A stretch of 64,000 nt of DNA, taken from positions 1 to 64,000 of the IMG/VR virus record IMGVR_UViG_3300023179_000021; one strand, given 5' to 3'. Origin of the DNA: a virus. Within the stretch, counting starts at the first letter, position 1. Every line of letters begins with the position of its first letter. Below the pieces are notes generated by a model. That model was given only the letters and a program-made list of their open reading frames with translations, ran no database searches and was not told the origin of the DNA. Position numbers and translations under genes: made by a program. Positions 8,663-20,095 of this stretch are shown here, piece by piece.

Positions 8663-10015
8663 ATGTTATCGCAAGATTTTTATGGTAAAAAAGGGTTTAT
8701 TTGGTGGATTGGTGTTGTAGAGGACATTTATGATCCATTAGAACTTGGAGGAGCTCGTGTTCGTATTATTGGTTTGCATAGTGAAGATACAAGTTTAGTG
8801 CCAACTGAAAGTTTGCCGTGGGCTCAACAATTAAAACCTTCAACCGGTTCAAACACATATTCTAGTTTAAATGTTGCTGATTGGGTTTTTGGTTTTTTTC
8901 AAGATGGTGAATACGCACAAATACCAGTAATTATGGGTGTTTTTTCTGGTATTGAAGGTGCTCAATCTACAACAATCTATCAAACTTGGGCTGCAAGTCA
9001 AGGTGGGTATGTACCTAAACAACCAAATTATTCTGGTTCATATGATCCGGCTTTTTTGGAAGATGAGTATGGAAATGACGCAAAGGCAGTAGAAAATGCC
9101 GACAGTGAAATATCTGTTACTGGTCAACCAGCAGTTTCACCGGCTTTTCGTGGTGTAAAACCAAAAGTTATGGCGGCTGCAAGTAATAAAAGAAAACACA
9201 TCTGTGATATTTCTCCTTTTGTTAAAAAAGCTGTTTCGCATGTAAATGGTCTTTTTGGAATAGTCGTCGAAGGATTAAGGCAAGTTGTTTTGGCGGTGAT
9301 TAAAGCTTTAGGTTTTGACCCAACTGGAATCGCTTCTTTTTTAAAAGAAATAGCGGCTTATATAACAGATTTTATTCAAAAAATTAGAAAAGTTTTAAAA
9401 CTAATAAGGGATGGTATCAACAAAATAAAAGAATTGGTAACTTTGTTTACAACAGTCATCCGATACATTTTAAGTTTGCCCGAAAGAGCTAAAAAGTTTT
9501 TGATTGGATGTTTAAATGATATTGTTGATGCAATTAAAGCTGGATTTGCAAATATTTTAGTTCCTTCTTTATTTGGGCCTGGAAGTTTAACAGATGAATA
9601 CAATAAAATAAAAAATGAACTTAAAGCTCTACAAAGAGAATCGATGCTTGTAACACAAGATTTAATTTCTGTAGCGGGAGCCGTAGGCACAGTAGTTTCT
9701 TTAGTTAATAAACCAAAATATAACCAAGCACAAATTAATACTATAACTGGAGATGCTCAATTAGCAAAAAGTGTGGATGAAACACAAAAAAAAGTAGATT
9801 CTAAAAATCCCACACAATCTGAAACACAAATTCAAGGCCAATATGGTGATTTAATGTATTTACCGCCAGCACTGGTTAAATCAATCATGTCTCCCACAAG
9901 TGAAGAAGAAATTTTGTCTTCTCAAAAATTAACTAATGGCTATGTTAATGCTTTAACTAAAACTTCTACGACGATGACTAGTCGAAATAATTATAACAAT
10001 AGTGTCTTATGGTGA
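8663..10015 (+). CDS. gp5: Baseplate central spike, gp5 N-terminal OB-fold part plus helical region
   Basis: FIWWIGVVED..DPL.LG..RVRIIG.H...LPWA..WVFGFF.DG..AQ.P.IMG. Confidence 0.8.
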   Translation: MLSQDFYGKKGFIWWIGVVEDIYDPLELGGARVRIIGLHSEDTSLVPTESLPWAQQLKPSTGSNTYSSLNVADWVFGFFQDGEYAQIPVIMGVFSGIEGAQSTTIYQTWAASQGGYVPKQPNYSGSYDPAFLEDEYGNDAKAVENADSEISVTGQPAVSPAFRGVKPKVMAAASNKRKHICDISPFVKKAVSHVNGLFGIVVEGLRQVVLAVIKALGFDPTGIASFLKEIAAYITDFIQKIRKVLKLIRDGINKIKELVTLFTTVIRYILSLPERAKKFLIGCLNDIVDAIKAGFANILVPSLFGPGSLTDEYNKIKNELKALQRESMLVTQDLISVAGAVGTVVSLVNKPKYNQAQINTITGDAQLAKSVDETQKKVDSKNPTQSETQIQGQYGDLMYLPPALVKSIMSPTSEEEILSSQKLTNGYVNALTKTSTTMTSRNNYNNSVLW

Positions 10016-10021
10016 AAAAAT

Positions 10022-10861
10022 ATGGCAAATGAAATGGATATTGAATTTCCCGATGGTTATAATGCTTGGGTAGAACCAGAAAGTTCTCCAACACAAGAAG
10101 CTGATAGAGCAAGATTTCCATATAACAGAGTTATACAAACAAAAACTGGGCACATTTTAGAGTTGGATGACACTCCAGGTAATGAAAGAATTCGTATAAC
10201 TCACAGAATGGGTACCTACACTGAAATGAGGCCCAATGGAGATGTAGTTCATAAATCTTTTGGCGATAATTATGAGATAATTATTGGAAATAAAAATGTT
10301 TCAATAGATGGCGTTTGTAGTATTACAGTTTTAGGTGATGCTATTTTTGATATAAAAGGTGATAAAATTGAAAAAGTTTCTGGTGATTACACAATTGAGT
10401 GTGGTGGTAAATTTACGGCTTATGCCCATGATGAGGCGGCTTTAATTTCTGATGTTGACGTTAGGATTTCGGCTGGTAAAGATTTAAGTGAAGGAGATGT
10501 GAATTTAACAACAGGTGGAAAAGTTGTAACAAGTGGAGATTTAAAAGTTCAGGGTACAATGACCGGTGAACTTATAACTTCTGTAACAAGGGTGAATGCT
10601 GGTACCGGTATTTTTGCTGGCCCTTTAGGTTTTGTTTCAATTCTTGGAGGGTTATCAATTGGTGTTCCGGCTGCCATTCCCGGCACAATTAATTGCATAG
10701 GTTTAATAAATGCCTCTGTAATGAATTCAGCAAGTGCTAATCACCTTTTAGGCTCATCTGTTCTGGGTATTTCAATTGTTAATGATTTGTTATATGATGG
10801 TCACGTTCATTTTTGTAAAGTGGGACCAACAACACCAACACCAATGCAAGCTGTTGGTTAA
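10022..10861 (+). CDS. Baseplate central spike, gp5 C-terminal beta-helix part
   Basis: PYNRVIQTKTGHILELDDTPGNERI..HR.GTY.E; C-terminal HVH. Confidence 0.8.
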   Translation: MANEMDIEFPDGYNAWVEPESSPTQEADRARFPYNRVIQTKTGHILELDDTPGNERIRITHRMGTYTEMRPNGDVVHKSFGDNYEIIIGNKNVSIDGVCSITVLGDAIFDIKGDKIEKVSGDYTIECGGKFTAYAHDEAALISDVDVRISAGKDLSEGDVNLTTGGKVVTSGDLKVQGTMTGELITSVTRVNAGTGIFAGPLGFVSILGGLSIGVPAAIPGTINCIGLINASVMNSASANHLLGSSVLGISIVNDLLYDGHVHFCKVGPTTPTPMQAVG

Positions 10862-10878
10862 TATTATAGGAATTTAAA

Positions 10879-13431
10879 ATGGCAGTAAGAATTGATTTAA
10901 TGGGAGATGTTCACCGAAATGGTGGGTCTGGTGGTTCAGCGGAATCGATGTCTGGAATGATTTCAACAGAAACACCATCAAGTTTATCTTCGTTTTTAAC
11001 AAACAACGCAAGAGACACAAATCAAAATCGTAAATTTTCAACAAGTTCTCCAACAGCCTCTATTTTAAACAGATTAGGATATAATTTTGATCCTGCGGAT
11101 GACAATATTTTGAAATTGTCACCAGAAGTTTTAGAGCAATTAAGAAGAATGCCAAGGCTTTTTAAAGATTGGCAAGCTGAAGATTTAAGAAGTGGAAATG
11201 TTGGGAGTTACTATAAAAATCCAGCGGCTGACAACGTTTTATCTATCAATGGTGTCTTGGAAGAAATTAAATCAAAAATATTAGTTAATCCGGGAGGAAC
11301 CACATTTACGGGTGAAGAGGTGATAGAAACCGGGCCTACGTTTATTTCTCCTTTAGGACCAATTTATGAAGAAGCAAATTTTGCTTTAGAAGAAGGACAA
11401 AAATTTTTATCACACACAAATAGATTATCAAATGTTGAACCTGTAACTTTTGATAACGCTAATTCTCCACATTTTACGGTTTGTTCGGGTTTATCTAAAG
11501 TTTTGACTTTCATGTGTTATCAAGTAGATGGAACCGAAACTGCCGAACCTTCAGTTGGATTTTTTACAAGTTTGTTTATAAATCAAGAGCTTACAGATTA
11601 TAGAAATACCGTTATTACATATCCAGATTTAATAAAAAACAGTATCGTAACAACAACTGTTCCAACTGGTGAAGATGAATATACAACTACATCTTCGAAT
11701 CTAACGGTGTCACAAGTTGAAACAATAGCTAATACAATTAGATCAATAAAAGTTTTATTTCAAACTAGAAGACAACATGATGAAAATTATTATACAAAAG
11801 CTCTAGATATAGTTAAAGAACAGAAAATTTTTATGGGCATGAATAAAGGTGGAGAATTTGATGATTATATGTTTAAAAATGTCATTGGTACTGAAAAATT
11901 AAAAGCAAGTAGAAATGTAGCAGATAATCCGGCGCCATTTGAAAGACAAATTATTGTTTCTGAATTTGGCCATATGAAAGTTTACAATAAAACAACAGGC
12001 GAAGTCATTGAAAGTGATGATGACATTATTGAAATACTTAGAACGCCGGTAGAAGATGATGAAATTATACAAACTGTTTTTGTACAAGGTGATCCACCTA
12101 TTCCAACAGAAATTGTTAATGAACCTTTAGTATTAACTTTAGATGAATTTATCGAACAATACAATACAAATGTTCTTACCGTAAATGTTGGAACAAATGA
12201 ATTAAATGTAAACACTGGCGCAATTATATTCAACACTTTTAATGGCGTTTTTTCTGGCACCAGAATTATTCGTGTTACAAATATTAACGACAATGTTTAC
12301 TATTATTCAAATTCTACAACAGTATCTAATTTTTTAAATTCTGAAGTTGTTGTTTCTGTTGAAGATGTAATAAGACGTAGACCAATTAAGACAGTTATAG
12401 TAGCAAACACTGGTTCTGGCTATTCTAATGGGACAGTTGTAATTACTGGAGGAGGCACTGATAATATTTCAGCAACAATTACAGCAAACGTAAATGCAAT
12501 CAGCGGCTCTATTAGAACTCTTAATATAATTTCTCAGGGTGCTTACACCACTGTTCCAACGTTAAATGTAGCAGCTCTTGGTGGGTCAAATGCAAACCTT
12601 ATAGCTGTTTTAGATGACCCAACTAATTCTATTGCAAATGGTGAATCATTTAATATTTCGGTAACATTTATTAGTTTAGCTTCTGGTAATACAGTTGATT
12701 ATGGAGTAATTACAATCAATCCAGGAATTGATTTACGAATAAAAGGTTATAGCAATGTTTCAACAGCTGGTATTTTGTTGCCAAATTCTCGTTCTCTTGC
12801 AATCAATGTGGGCACTACAGATTTAAAACCAAAAGTAAATGTATTTAATGGGCCTTATGCTATTGTTGATTCTTCTGCAACAGGGACAGAAAAATGGACA
12901 TTTAGAAATTTAAGTGCTAATTCTTTAACTATTTTAAGTGTAATTGAAACTACAAACGGAATAAGCACAAATAATAACACACACATGAATGTTCAGTTAT
13001 ATCAGGCTTCGGTACCAAATACATTAAATACAAATGATACCGTTCTTTGGTATGCTAATGTCAAACCATTGATTGAATTTCCAAATGTTTCTACTTTTTT
13101 GGTGACAACGTCTGATGGACAACAAAGAACTATTACAATTGGTGTTGATCGTGGTTTGGTAGATGTTGGAAATAATTTTAATGAAGTTTTAAACAGTAAC
13201 CCAGATATTATTGTAACAAATTCACCATTTACAATTCGTGCTTTTGGCGCCAAAGCTAATACTCGCTATACTTATAGTGGGCCAAACATATCTGGTTTTG
13301 GTTACATTGGAGCCAACGGTTACGCCACCATTGCTAATACAACAATTACAAGTAATGGTTCTTATACTTACACTGTAAATTTTGAAGGTACCAATCATCG
13401 AAGAACACTTACAAAAGTTATTACCATTTAA
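10879..13431 (+). CDS. Large putative virion structural protein
   Basis: 850-aa ORF in the baseplate operon; GSGYS..V.ITGGG module and beta-rich C-terminus. Confidence 0.55.
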   Translation: MAVRIDLMGDVHRNGGSGGSAESMSGMISTETPSSLSSFLTNNARDTNQNRKFSTSSPTASILNRLGYNFDPADDNILKLSPEVLEQLRRMPRLFKDWQAEDLRSGNVGSYYKNPAADNVLSINGVLEEIKSKILVNPGGTTFTGEEVIETGPTFISPLGPIYEEANFALEEGQKFLSHTNRLSNVEPVTFDNANSPHFTVCSGLSKVLTFMCYQVDGTETAEPSVGFFTSLFINQELTDYRNTVITYPDLIKNSIVTTTVPTGEDEYTTTSSNLTVSQVETIANTIRSIKVLFQTRRQHDENYYTKALDIVKEQKIFMGMNKGGEFDDYMFKNVIGTEKLKASRNVADNPAPFERQIIVSEFGHMKVYNKTTGEVIESDDDIIEILRTPVEDDEIIQTVFVQGDPPIPTEIVNEPLVLTLDEFIEQYNTNVLTVNVGTNELNVNTGAIIFNTFNGVFSGTRIIRVTNINDNVYYYSNSTTVSNFLNSEVVVSVEDVIRRRPIKTVIVANTGSGYSNGTVVITGGGTDNISATITANVNAISGSIRTLNIISQGAYTTVPTLNVAALGGSNANLIAVLDDPTNSIANGESFNISVTFISLASGNTVDYGVITINPGIDLRIKGYSNVSTAGILLPNSRSLAINVGTTDLKPKVNVFNGPYAIVDSSATGTEKWTFRNLSANSLTILSVIETTNGISTNNNTHMNVQLYQASVPNTLNTNDTVLWYANVKPLIEFPNVSTFLVTTSDGQQRTITIGVDRGLVDVGNNFNEVLNSNPDIIVTNSPFTIRAFGAKANTRYTYSGPNISGFGYIGANGYATIANTTITSNGSYTYTVNFEGTNHRRTLTKVITI

Positions 13432-13436
13432 ACTAG

Positions 13437-13444
13437 TATAAATA
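13437..13444 (+). promoter_or_regulatory. T4 late promoter TATAAATA upstream of gp25
   Basis: Exact consensus 4 nt before the ATG. Confidence 0.7.
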
Positions 13445-13448
13445 AACA

Positions 13449-13853
13449 ATGGCAACAGTCACAACAAATATTGCTCGTCAATTTAAAGATTTGGATTTAA
13501 ATTTTACAATCCACCCTTTAAAAAAAGACATTAACAAACACCTTGATGCAATGGCTGTCATAAATGCTATTAAAAATTTGGTGTTAACTAGTCATTACGA
13601 AAAACCATTCAACCCAGATTATGGGTCAAATGTTCGTAAACTTTTATTTGAAAATTTAGACATTATTACAGCTTCAGCAATTGAAAGAGAGATAAGACAA
13701 ACTATTGAATCGTTTGAACCTCGCGTAAGAATTATTGGCGTGGCAGTAATACCAGATATAGAAAATAATGGTTTTAGTGTTCGAATGGAATTTTCAATTA
13801 TAAATCAAACAAACCCAGTTTCAATAAGCTTTTTATTAGAAAGAATACGATAA
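13449..13853 (+). CDS. gp25: Baseplate wedge subunit
   Basis: FKDLDLNF..HP...AIKNLVLT..YEKPF.P.YGS...FEPRV. Confidence 0.92.
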   Translation: MATVTTNIARQFKDLDLNFTIHPLKKDINKHLDAMAVINAIKNLVLTSHYEKPFNPDYGSNVRKLLFENLDIITASAIEREIRQTIESFEPRVRIIGVAVIPDIENNGFSVRMEFSIINQTNPVSISFLLERIR

Positions 13854-13854
13854 A

Positions 13855-15900
13855 ATGGCCTCGAATCGCTTAACGGTCACCGATCTAGATTTTAACACAA
13901 TTAAAACAAATTTAAAAACTTACCTTCAAGCACAAGCTGAATTTACGGATTATGATTTCGAAGCTTCTGGTTTAAGTGTTCTTCTTGACATTTTAGCTTA
14001 TAACACTCACTACAATGCTTACTATCTTAATATGGTTGCCAATGAAGCTTTTATGGACACCGCAGTTCTTCGCAGTTCGGTTGTATCACACGCTAAAAGT
14101 TTAGGCTACACTCCACAATCAGCCACAGCGCCAAGAGCAATTATTAATTTAACAGTGCCCTCCGGCTCTTCAACGCCAGGATCGCTTACAATTCCTAGAG
14201 GATTCAACTTTAGAACAAATCTCTTAGAAAACACTACCTATAACTATACTGTTTTAGATGATGTAACTGTTAATAAAGTTGGTTCTGATTTTATTTTTAG
14301 AAATTTAAGCATTTATGAAGGTAATATTATTAATTATCAATATGCCTATAATTCAATAACAAATCCAAAATCTATTTTTATAATACCAGATACGAATGTA
14401 GATACAACAACACTTCAAGTTATTGTACAAACATCTTCAAGTAATTTATCGTCACAAACACATACTTTAGCTTCAGATGTTTTAGATGTAACTTCAAATT
14501 CAACTGTTTATTTTTTACAAGAAGGTCAAAACGGACAATTTGAAATTTATTTTGGCGATGCTTTTGTTGGTAAAAAACTAAGCGATGGTAATCTTATTAA
14601 AATTAGTTATTTGGTAACTTCTGGCTTTGACTCCAATAAATCAAATAATTTTACAGCATCATCTTCTGTTGCTCCATATACGACATATACAGTTACTTCC
14701 GTTTCCGAATCAGCTGGTGGCTCATCAAAAGAAAGTGTAGACAGTGTAAAATTAAATTCTGTGTTACAGTATTCAACACAAAATCGTTTAGTTACAACAA
14801 AAGATTATGAAAGTTACATTAAAAAAACTTATGGTGCTGTGAGTTCGATTTCCGTCTGGGGTGGTCAAGACGAAATTCCACCAGTTTACGGCAAAGTTTT
14901 TATTTCAATTAAACCCAAAACTAATTATTTTTTAACCGAAGCTGAAAAAACAAGAATAATTGATGAAATTGTAAAACCTAAATCAATTGTGGCGATTGAT
15001 GCCGAAATAAGAGATCCAGAATTTTTATATCTAAAGTTGACAAATAAAGTTAGAATTGATCGCAAAAAAACATCACTGAATGATGAACAAATAAAAACAT
15101 TAATACGAGCAGCTATTTTTAATTATTCAAATATCAATTTAAATAAATTTGGTGCAACTTTTGTTTTGTCTAAAGTCCAAGATTTTATTGATGCTGTTGA
15201 TTTAGCATCTATTATAGGTTCAGAGACAATTTTACGCCTTGAAAAACGATTTACACCAGATTTAAATAACAGTAAAACATATACAATTAATTATAATGCT
15301 AAACTTTATCGAGGCACAATTTTAAATCGCTTATTTTCTTCTGAATTTACAATTAATGATTCTTTGGGCACAACAAGAACAGCTATACTTGAAGAAATAC
15401 CAGAATCATTTACCGGTCTTTCATCCATAAATGTAACTAATGCTGGTTTTGGCTATGTTTCAGCACCAACAGTTACAATCACTGGCGATGGCACAGGTGC
15501 TACAGCTACCGCAACAATTGTTAATGGTCGTGTCACATCAATCACAATTACAAATCGTGGTATTAATTACAGTAAGGCTGTTGTTTCTTTTTCTGGTGGC
15601 GATGGTTATGGCGCTGCTGCAATTGCTGTTCTTGATGGCCGTTTTGGCACTTTAAGAACAGTATATTTTGATGAGCTGGCTCAAAGACAAATTATAAATT
15701 CAAAAGCGGGAACTATTGATTATGACACCGGTGAAGTAATAATTACCGATTTAAGAGTATTATCAGTTATAACTTCTGATGGCGTTATTAGAATAAGTGT
15801 TGAATCAGAAGATGGAATTATTTCATCTGTAAGAAGTACAATCTTGTCAATCGATCAAACAGATTCTACATCGGTAACTACTGAAATTACTGCTGTTTAA
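13855..15900 (+). CDS. gp6: Baseplate wedge subunit
   Basis: LDFNTIK.NLK..EFTDYDFE.SGLS.LLD.LAYNTHY; QNRLVT..DY. Confidence 0.93.
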   Translation: MASNRLTVTDLDFNTIKTNLKTYLQAQAEFTDYDFEASGLSVLLDILAYNTHYNAYYLNMVANEAFMDTAVLRSSVVSHAKSLGYTPQSATAPRAIINLTVPSGSSTPGSLTIPRGFNFRTNLLENTTYNYTVLDDVTVNKVGSDFIFRNLSIYEGNIINYQYAYNSITNPKSIFIIPDTNVDTTTLQVIVQTSSSNLSSQTHTLASDVLDVTSNSTVYFLQEGQNGQFEIYFGDAFVGKKLSDGNLIKISYLVTSGFDSNKSNNFTASSSVAPYTTYTVTSVSESAGGSSKESVDSVKLNSVLQYSTQNRLVTTKDYESYIKKTYGAVSSISVWGGQDEIPPVYGKVFISIKPKTNYFLTEAEKTRIIDEIVKPKSIVAIDAEIRDPEFLYLKLTNKVRIDRKKTSLNDEQIKTLIRAAIFNYSNINLNKFGATFVLSKVQDFIDAVDLASIIGSETILRLEKRFTPDLNNSKTYTINYNAKLYRGTILNRLFSSEFTINDSLGTTRTAILEEIPESFTGLSSINVTNAGFGYVSAPTVTITGDGTGATATATIVNGRVTSITITNRGINYSKAVVSFSGGDGYGAAAIAVLDGRFGTLRTVYFDELAQRQIINSKAGTIDYDTGEVIITDLRVLSVITSDGVIRISVESEDGIISSVRSTILSIDQTDSTSVTTEITAV

Positions 15901-15901
15901 C

Positions 15902-18208
15902 ATGGATCAAAAATCATCTCTTTTAATTGAAGGACAAGTACCGGCTTTTGTTCGTGAAGAATATCCATTATTTGTCACTTTTCTAGAAGCTTACTATGAG
16001 TTTTTAGAAAATAAACAGGGCTTAAATAAAAATGATTTGATAACGCAAGCCAAAAAACTTAAAACAATTTTTGATGTTGATGAATCCATTAATGAATTTG
16101 AAGAGAATTTTTTTAACACTTACGCATCTTTGATTCCTGTTGATGTCCAAGGAAACAAAGAATTATTAATTAAAAATATATTGCCACTTTATCAAGCCAA
16201 AGGCTCCGAAAATTCTTTTAAATTGTTGTTTCGTTTTCTTTTTCATGAAGAACCAACAATTTTTTATCCAAGAGACAGTATTCTTCGAGCTTCTTCTGGT
16301 GAATGGAAAATTGATAATTCCATTAAAGTTTCAACAGATATTTCTTCTTTTTATACCGCCGATGGTAATACGAAACAATTTGTAATGATTTCACAAGAAC
16401 CTTCGGCAAATCTTGACGTTTATGTAAATGGTACTTTAACGACCAGTGGTTTTAAAGTTCTCAAAGAATATAATTTAGTTGAATTCAACAGCAATGTGGC
16501 TGCTAACTCAACTTTAGAAATTTTTTATAATGTAATTGATCGTAATATTTTTAATAATCGTCAGTTAATTGGTAAAACTTCTGGTGCCACAACCGTTGTA
16601 GAGAAATCTTTTAATCGCTATTTAAATAATGTTGAAATATTAGAAATGTTTGTTGATGTTAAAACTTCAGTGGGTGATTTTGAAATTGGTGAAATTTTAG
16701 AAACCAATGTTTTTATTGGTGATACTCTTGTTGACGTTAGATTAAGAACAGTATCAGAACTTAAAGAAATTACTATTGTTAATTCTGGTGCTAATTATAA
16801 TGTTGGAGATCCAGTTATCATAACAGCGCCAAGATCACAAAGAATACCTCAAGCTGTAGTTTCAAGTGTTTCAAAAGGTGTGATTGATTCTATGACTATT
16901 TTAAAAGGTGGCGCTGGTTTTAAGGTAAATGCTCCAATTAGTGCTGATGGTTTTGGTAAGCCATTTGTTGATATTGATGTTGTTTCTGTTTTAACCACAT
17001 CTTCAAATTCAGCTAATAGTTTTAGAATTTTTTCGGATGTTATTTCTGATATTGATCCAGCTAATACATTCATTAATGCAGCATCATATGGTTTAAGTGG
17101 AGTATATTCGGGAAATTCCAGTAGTATCATTAGGCATACTTTTTCAAATACTTCTTATACGAACATTGGTGAAATTATTGGTGTTCAAATTAATTCAGTG
17201 CAAATTAATTTTGGATCAATACCCAATTTTAATGCTGAAGCGGCTAACTTAGTAATTGCAAATATAGGGTCAACAGTAACTAATACTACAGTTTATATTA
17301 ATAGTTTTGGGTCACTAGGCAAAACTGCAATACGAAACGGCGGCACTGGATATAGTATTGGTGATGAACTAGTTTTTACAAATCCTTCAGGTAGTTTTGG
17401 TGTAGGTGCTGCCGCCGAAGTTAGAACTATTGGCACTGGCGGAGCTATTACAAAAATTGAATTTGTTCCAAGTAAAATTGTTGGAACAGCCAACGTTTTT
17501 ACAACAAACGCAAATGTAATTGGAACAAATACTTTTTTTCAAGCTAATTTAATTGTTGGTGATTTAATTATGGTCAACGGCGAATCTCGCAGCATAAGCA
17601 CCATAACATCAAACACTCTTATGACCGTAAACACTGCTTTTGTTGCAAATTCAACAGGTAAACCAGTTCGTGTATACGGAACTCATTTAATTGGTGGCCA
17701 AGGATACAATCAAAATAGTTTACCTACTGTAACAATTACATCCACTGGCGGTTCAAACGCTAACGTTGAAGTTGTTGCCATCATGGGAGACGGTGAACAA
17801 TTTACTGCAAACATTGGAACAAATAAACCAGGCAGTGTTCAATCTGTTTTAATTATTGATGCTGGAAAAGGTTTGAAATCTGTTCCAGACTTTGATTTAA
17901 GTCGATCTGGTGATGGCACAGCGACTCTCCAAGCTGTTTTAATTCCAACGGTTGAAGAATTTCCTGGAAAGTGGATTAGTCAAAAAGGTTTAGTTTCGTC
18001 TTCATATACAAAGTTACAAGGTAAAGATTATTTTATTGATTATTCTTATGTTATAGTTTCAAGTATTCAATTTCAAAAATACAAACAAGTATTAAAAGAG
18101 TTATTACATCCGGCCGGTTTAATTCCTTATTCTGAAGTAGCTAGAACAAACGAAATCGAATCTCAGCGATTAAAAGTTTCAACAGAAATATCTCAAGTAG
18201 CCGCATAA
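15902..18208 (+). CDS. gp7: Baseplate wedge initiator (gp7-like)
   Basis: QVPAFVREEYPLFV.FLEAYYEF; Y.AKGS..SF..LFR.LF; LHPAG. Confidence 0.78.
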   Translation: MDQKSSLLIEGQVPAFVREEYPLFVTFLEAYYEFLENKQGLNKNDLITQAKKLKTIFDVDESINEFEENFFNTYASLIPVDVQGNKELLIKNILPLYQAKGSENSFKLLFRFLFHEEPTIFYPRDSILRASSGEWKIDNSIKVSTDISSFYTADGNTKQFVMISQEPSANLDVYVNGTLTTSGFKVLKEYNLVEFNSNVAANSTLEIFYNVIDRNIFNNRQLIGKTSGATTVVEKSFNRYLNNVEILEMFVDVKTSVGDFEIGEILETNVFIGDTLVDVRLRTVSELKEITIVNSGANYNVGDPVIITAPRSQRIPQAVVSSVSKGVIDSMTILKGGAGFKVNAPISADGFGKPFVDIDVVSVLTTSSNSANSFRIFSDVISDIDPANTFINAASYGLSGVYSGNSSSIIRHTFSNTSYTNIGEIIGVQINSVQINFGSIPNFNAEAANLVIANIGSTVTNTTVYINSFGSLGKTAIRNGGTGYSIGDELVFTNPSGSFGVGAAAEVRTIGTGGAITKIEFVPSKIVGTANVFTTNANVIGTNTFFQANLIVGDLIMVNGESRSISTITSNTLMTVNTAFVANSTGKPVRVYGTHLIGGQGYNQNSLPTVTITSTGGSNANVEVVAIMGDGEQFTANIGTNKPGSVQSVLIIDAGKGLKSVPDFDLSRSGDGTATLQAVLIPTVEEFPGKWISQKGLVSSSYTKLQGKDYFIDYSYVIVSSIQFQKYKQVLKELLHPAGLIPYSEVARTNEIESQRLKVSTEISQVAA

Positions 18209-18211
18209 ATA
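18204..18211 (+). promoter_or_regulatory. T4-type late promoter (CATAAATA) upstream of gp8
   Basis: TAAATA core overlapping the gp7 stop, 7 nt before the ATG. Confidence 0.5.
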
Positions 18212-18218
18212 AAAAAAT

Positions 18219-20087
18219 ATGCCAACATTTTTAAGAAAAACGTCAAACTACACAGCAAATGTAGGTGATTATTTAATTGCCGACACAACAGCTGGTTCAT
18301 TTACAATCACTCTCCCAGCCAATCCGACAACTGGTGACTTTGTTCAAATTGTTGATGGTGCTAGTTGGGAAACTTACAATCTTACAGTAGCAAGAAATGG
18401 CGAAACCATTGAAGGCAACGCTGATGATGTAACTTTAGACATAGGTGGAGTTAAAGTAGAATTCATTTATGATTCTACAACCTGGGAATTATTTGTTTCT
18501 GATATTGCTGTAGAACCTGAGGGCGCAAAATACACCTCAAAAAAGTTACGTTTTAATAATGCTGAACAATTCAAAGAGGCTTTTTCAGAAACAAATGCTT
18601 CAGTTGGTTATGTTTATTTGGGCCAACATTTACCTTGGGATATACCATCTTCTCCAGATACTTTAACTGATACTGTTGCAGCTGAAAAGTATATTTGGAA
18701 TAATATGATTGCTGCAAAAAAAGTTACTGGTAATGATGTTGAATTTGTTATACCTAGAATTAATTGGACAGCTAATAATACTTATCGACAATTTGATGAC
18801 ACAATAACACTTGATACACTTGTAACATCGAATTCTTTAGCTAATGTTTATTCTTTTTATGTTTATAATTCTGAAAGAAATGTTTATAAATGTCTATCAA
18901 ATAATTTAAGTTCTAATTCGACAGTTGAACCATTAGGAACAAATTTGGGCAATCGTGGAATTATTGAAACTGGTGATGGATTTCTTTGGAAGTACATGTA
19001 TAATATTCAGGCATCAAATAAATTTTTGTCAAATAATTGGTTGCCTGCTCCAATATCAATTAGTCAATTAGAATATAATGGCAGTGCTAATGCTACGATT
19101 GACGGTGAAATAACAACTATTGTGGTGACATCGCCTGGTAGTGGTTATTTTAATACAAATGCTAATGTAAGCTCATTTAATACTTCTTGTTCGGTGTTAA
19201 CAGTAGAAGCTTCAGTTGACATGGCTAATTTAATTGTTACAAATATGGGAATAACAGGTAACGGAATTTCAGCAAATACTTTTATTACTGCTGTGGATTT
19301 AGTAAACAGAAGAATTAATTTATCATACGCTACATCATCTTCAGGTGGAGGCACTGCAAATACTCTTTCGTTTAAAACTAGAGTTATTGTTGATGGCGAT
19401 GGAACTGGTGTCGTTGCTTCTGCTAATTTATCCGGCAATACTATTGGTAGCATTGGTGTGACTAGTTATGGAAGAAATTACAATTTTGCAAATGTTAATA
19501 TCTATGGAACTTCTGTTGGAGCAAACGTTGCTACAGCTCGAGCTATTATAGGCCCAAAATACGGCCATGGTTATAATTCAGCAAGAGAACTTGGTGGTCA
19601 TAATGTAATGATTTCTTTAAAAATAGGAGAGGGTGATACGACCGAAGGTAATATAATTTCTGACAGCACATCGTTTAGACAATATGGACTTCTTCGCAAC
19701 CCACATAAATATGGTGAAAATACAGCTGTAACTTATGCAAATGCTAATTCAGTCATTTCACAAACAACGGCTGTTACTTTAATTGCAGGTTCAAATTATC
19801 AAGTTAACGAATTTGTATATCAGGGAACTTTAGCCTCACCAACTTTTAGTGGTTATGTTGAATCGTTCGCCAGCACTGTAATTAATTTAACAAATGTTCG
19901 TGGTTCAATTACTTTAGGTTCAGTATTAAAAGGAACAACCACGAATCCTACAGGAAGAACAGTTTCTAGTATTGATTTTCCTGAGTTTGAAAAATATACT
20001 GGAGATGTTTTATATAATGAAAATATTGTCGCAATACAAAGAGTGGCGGGTCAAGCTGAAAATATTAAATTTGTTGTTAGATTTTAG
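18219..20087 (+). CDS. gp8: Baseplate wedge subunit with N-terminal extension
   Basis: [26 protein letters not shown]...[21 protein letters not shown]. Confidence 0.85.
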   Translation: MPTFLRKTSNYTANVGDYLIADTTAGSFTITLPANPTTGDFVQIVDGASWETYNLTVARNGETIEGNADDVTLDIGGVKVEFIYDSTTWELFVSDIAVEPEGAKYTSKKLRFNNAEQFKEAFSETNASVGYVYLGQHLPWDIPSSPDTLTDTVAAEKYIWNNMIAAKKVTGNDVEFVIPRINWTANNTYRQFDDTITLDTLVTSNSLANVYSFYVYNSERNVYKCLSNNLSSNSTVEPLGTNLGNRGIIETGDGFLWKYMYNIQASNKFLSNNWLPAPISISQLEYNGSANATIDGEITTIVVTSPGSGYFNTNANVSSFNTSCSVLTVEASVDMANLIVTNMGITGNGISANTFITAVDLVNRRINLSYATSSSGGGTANTLSFKTRVIVDGDGTGVVASANLSGNTIGSIGVTSYGRNYNFANVNIYGTSVGANVATARAIIGPKYGHGYNSARELGGHNVMISLKIGEGDTTEGNIISDSTSFRQYGLLRNPHKYGENTAVTYANANSVISQTTAVTLIAGSNYQVNEFVYQGTLASPTFSGYVESFASTVINLTNVRGSITLGSVLKGTTTNPTGRTVSSIDFPEFEKYTGDVLYNENIVAIQRVAGQAENIKFVVRF

Positions 20088-20095
20088 AGGAATTC

